Below are positions 29,230 through 30,630 of a DNA stretch of 30,630 nt, piece after piece. The translations under genes were made by a program, and so were the position numbers. The first letter of the stretch is position 1. Each line of letters starts with the position of its first letter. The notes under the pieces were generated by a model that worked only from the letters and a program-made list of their open reading frames with translations, was not told the DNA's origin and made no database searches. This DNA comes from Macrostomum lignano (lineage: Eukaryota), in NCBI GenBank assembly GCA_002269645.1, contig NIVC01002167.1:1-30630 (forward strand), given 5' to 3'.

Positions 29230-29615
29230 AAATTGTATGATGCTATATGAAGTTCTCCTGGGTATTTGCCAGTGGAGAAAATCTAAGGCAGTTTTTTATA
29301 GCTAACTGAATGTCTAAAGCAGTTCCTAGAAATAGTGGTTTATTGAAGGCCATTTTATGACGAAAAAAGTAAGCAAAATCAAATTTGATGACAGTTTCAA
29401 ATTGTTTACACCTGAAATGGCATTGAGATGAACCAACGATTCCAAAATAACTATTTGGTTTTAGTGCTAGAATTGTGTAAATGGCACTTTTTCAAAATTA
29501 TTAAAAAATAAATCACTAAAATCACTGTCTTAAGACCATTTTCACATGTTTTTAGTCATTTTTCAGTGAATTTCATGGTATGCTCTGCGCTTAAACCTAC
29601 TTTTCCTATACTACT
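29230..29615 (-). repeat. Right terminal inverted repeat (inner), including a frameshifted copy of the PLA2-integrase 5' end
   Basis: Ends ...CCTATACTACT. Minus-strand ATG at 29353 begins MAFNKPLFLGTALDIQLAI before a frameshift. Confidence 0.8.
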
Positions 29616-29907
29616 AATAAACACATGACAGACAAATATCCAGAATTTTTTCTGGACGTCCAGAAAAATTGACATGCTACTACTTAAAGTGACAATAATC
29701 ATTCAAACGTTCACTCCGCGCTACTTACCTTAGTATATACCTTGAAAACAACTCTTTGAAATAAAGGCTGCCTTTGTGCTCCAGTGGAGCCACCCACTGT
29801 GTGTCTGAGAGTCTTTTGTGTTTGCTTCATTCATTTTTTTCTAGTTCTAAAAATAGACAAAAATGTGCCACGTTACGGGGGTTCTGATACATCATCAGCA
29901 TTGTGAG

Positions 29908-30285
29908 TCAGAGCTGTTGGCTTGCAAAAGAATACCCTGGTATATGAAATTCGCCAGGATACTTTCCAGTGGAAAAGATGGGTGGTAGTTTTGTTATAGC
30001 TGACTGAATATCTAAAGCATTTCCTAGAAATAATGGTTTACTGAAGGCCATTTTATATATATAAAATTTACTATTGTTAAATTGGATGACACTTTCATGG
30101 ATGACATACTTGAAATTGCATTAAATTGACCGTGAATCCAACTTTTCTCATGGTTTTAGAGCTGGAATCGTGAAAATTGCACTTTTTCAAAATTTTTGAA
30201 AATCACAAAAAATCGCTGTTTTCAGACCATTTTCACCTGTTTTTAGTCATTTTTCATCTTGTTTTTAGTGATTTTCAAAATGAGT
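29908..30285 (-). repeat. Second right-hand terminal module with a 47-codon copy of the PLA2-integrase 5' end
   Basis: 30051 to 29908 encodes MAFSKPLFLGNALDIQSAITKLPPIFSTGKYPGEFHIPGYSFASQQL*, about 9 mismatches in ~127 nt versus 13611-13737 by hand count. Its upstream sequence aligns with the left TIR but lacks the AGTAGT tip. Confidence 0.85.
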
Positions 30286-30471
30286 GAAGGCATGAGGGCG
30301 AGGGCACCCCTTTTTAAAAAGTATAAAAATTCCGGAAAATCTGTGTTCTGTGAAATATTCCACATGCCAATTCCCCCACATGCCCTCACCCTCAACACCT
30401 CACTCACAGATATATGTATATTTATATATTTTTATATTTATCACACACACTTGTAACCCTGACCTCCTGGT

Positions 30472-30570
30472 AGTAGTAGTATGTTATAAGGGCTGAGTCA
30501 TCCAGCGAGCTGGCGCGCAATGCGCCCGAGCAATCAAGTGTGGCGCAGCCCCTTATAGCATACTACTACT
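30472..30570. mobile_element. 99-bp AGTAGTAGT-capped inverted repeat (mini-Polinton-like element or hairpin terminus)
   Basis: Left arm AGTAGTAGTATGTTATAAGGG-CTGAGTCA pairs with the right arm, whose reverse complement is AGTAGTAGTATGCTATAAGGGGCTGCGCCA. No TSD seen. Confidence 0.7.
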
Positions 30571-30630
30571 TACAATGACTCAGAAAGTGAAGACGAGTAC
30601 GAGGATGCAGTGCAATTTATGCCAGTACGA

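Larger units (their letters stand above)
12389..29615. mobile_element. Polinton/Maverick (adintovirus-like) endogenous virus, ~17.2 kb
   Basis: Inverted termini AGTAGTATAGGAAAAGTAGGTTT(G/A)AGCGC (28/29 identical). Contains integrase, pPolB, DJR major capsid, penton, A32-like ATPase and adenain-like protease. No 6-bp TSD found. Confidence 0.95.

Noticed and set aside
12383-30576. 6-bp target-site duplication for the Polinton
   Set aside because: Left flank AACGCA matches none of AATAAA (29616), TAAAGT (29685) or TACAAT (30571). CCTGGT versus TACAAT also fails for the 99-bp element.
30571-30630. Open acidic frame YNDSESEDEYEDAVQFMPVR right after the last terminus
   Set aside because: Only 60 bp are visible. 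It could be an interrupted host exon, but this is untestable within the window.

Overview
Repeat-rich eukaryotic (metazoan-like) genomic DNA, not prokaryotic. Bases 1-12.3 kb are host DNA and retroelements: a Ty3/Gypsy gag remnant, two damaged F-type-lectin-domain exons, a minisatellite, a chimeric BEL/Pao LTR element lacking RT/RNase H and carrying a solo LTR, a tRNA-derived SINE, and an uninterrupted M13 (neprilysin-like) metallopeptidase frame. Bases 12389 to about 29615 are a ~17.2 kb Polinton/Maverick (adintovirus-like) endogenous virus with AGTAGT termini. It encodes a PLA2-integrase fusion, two small core-like proteins, major and minor capsid proteins, packaging ATPase, adenain-like protease, a fibre with discoidin-like domains, a membrane protein, protein-primed PolB and accessory ORFs. 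Many genes are frameshifted, and PolB carries a solo-LTR insertion. The right end is a stack of nested termini ending in a 99-bp AGTAGT-capped hairpin. Most interesting: viral late-domain (ESCRT-recruiting) motifs in two Polinton proteins, a PLA2-integrase polyprotein with a protease-like site at the domain boundary, a 47-bp palindromic array, an AP-1 site cluster, a filled/empty mini hairpin element, and the 99-bp mini-Polinton-like hairpin. All product names come from motif recognition by eye. No database search, alignment or folding program was run.
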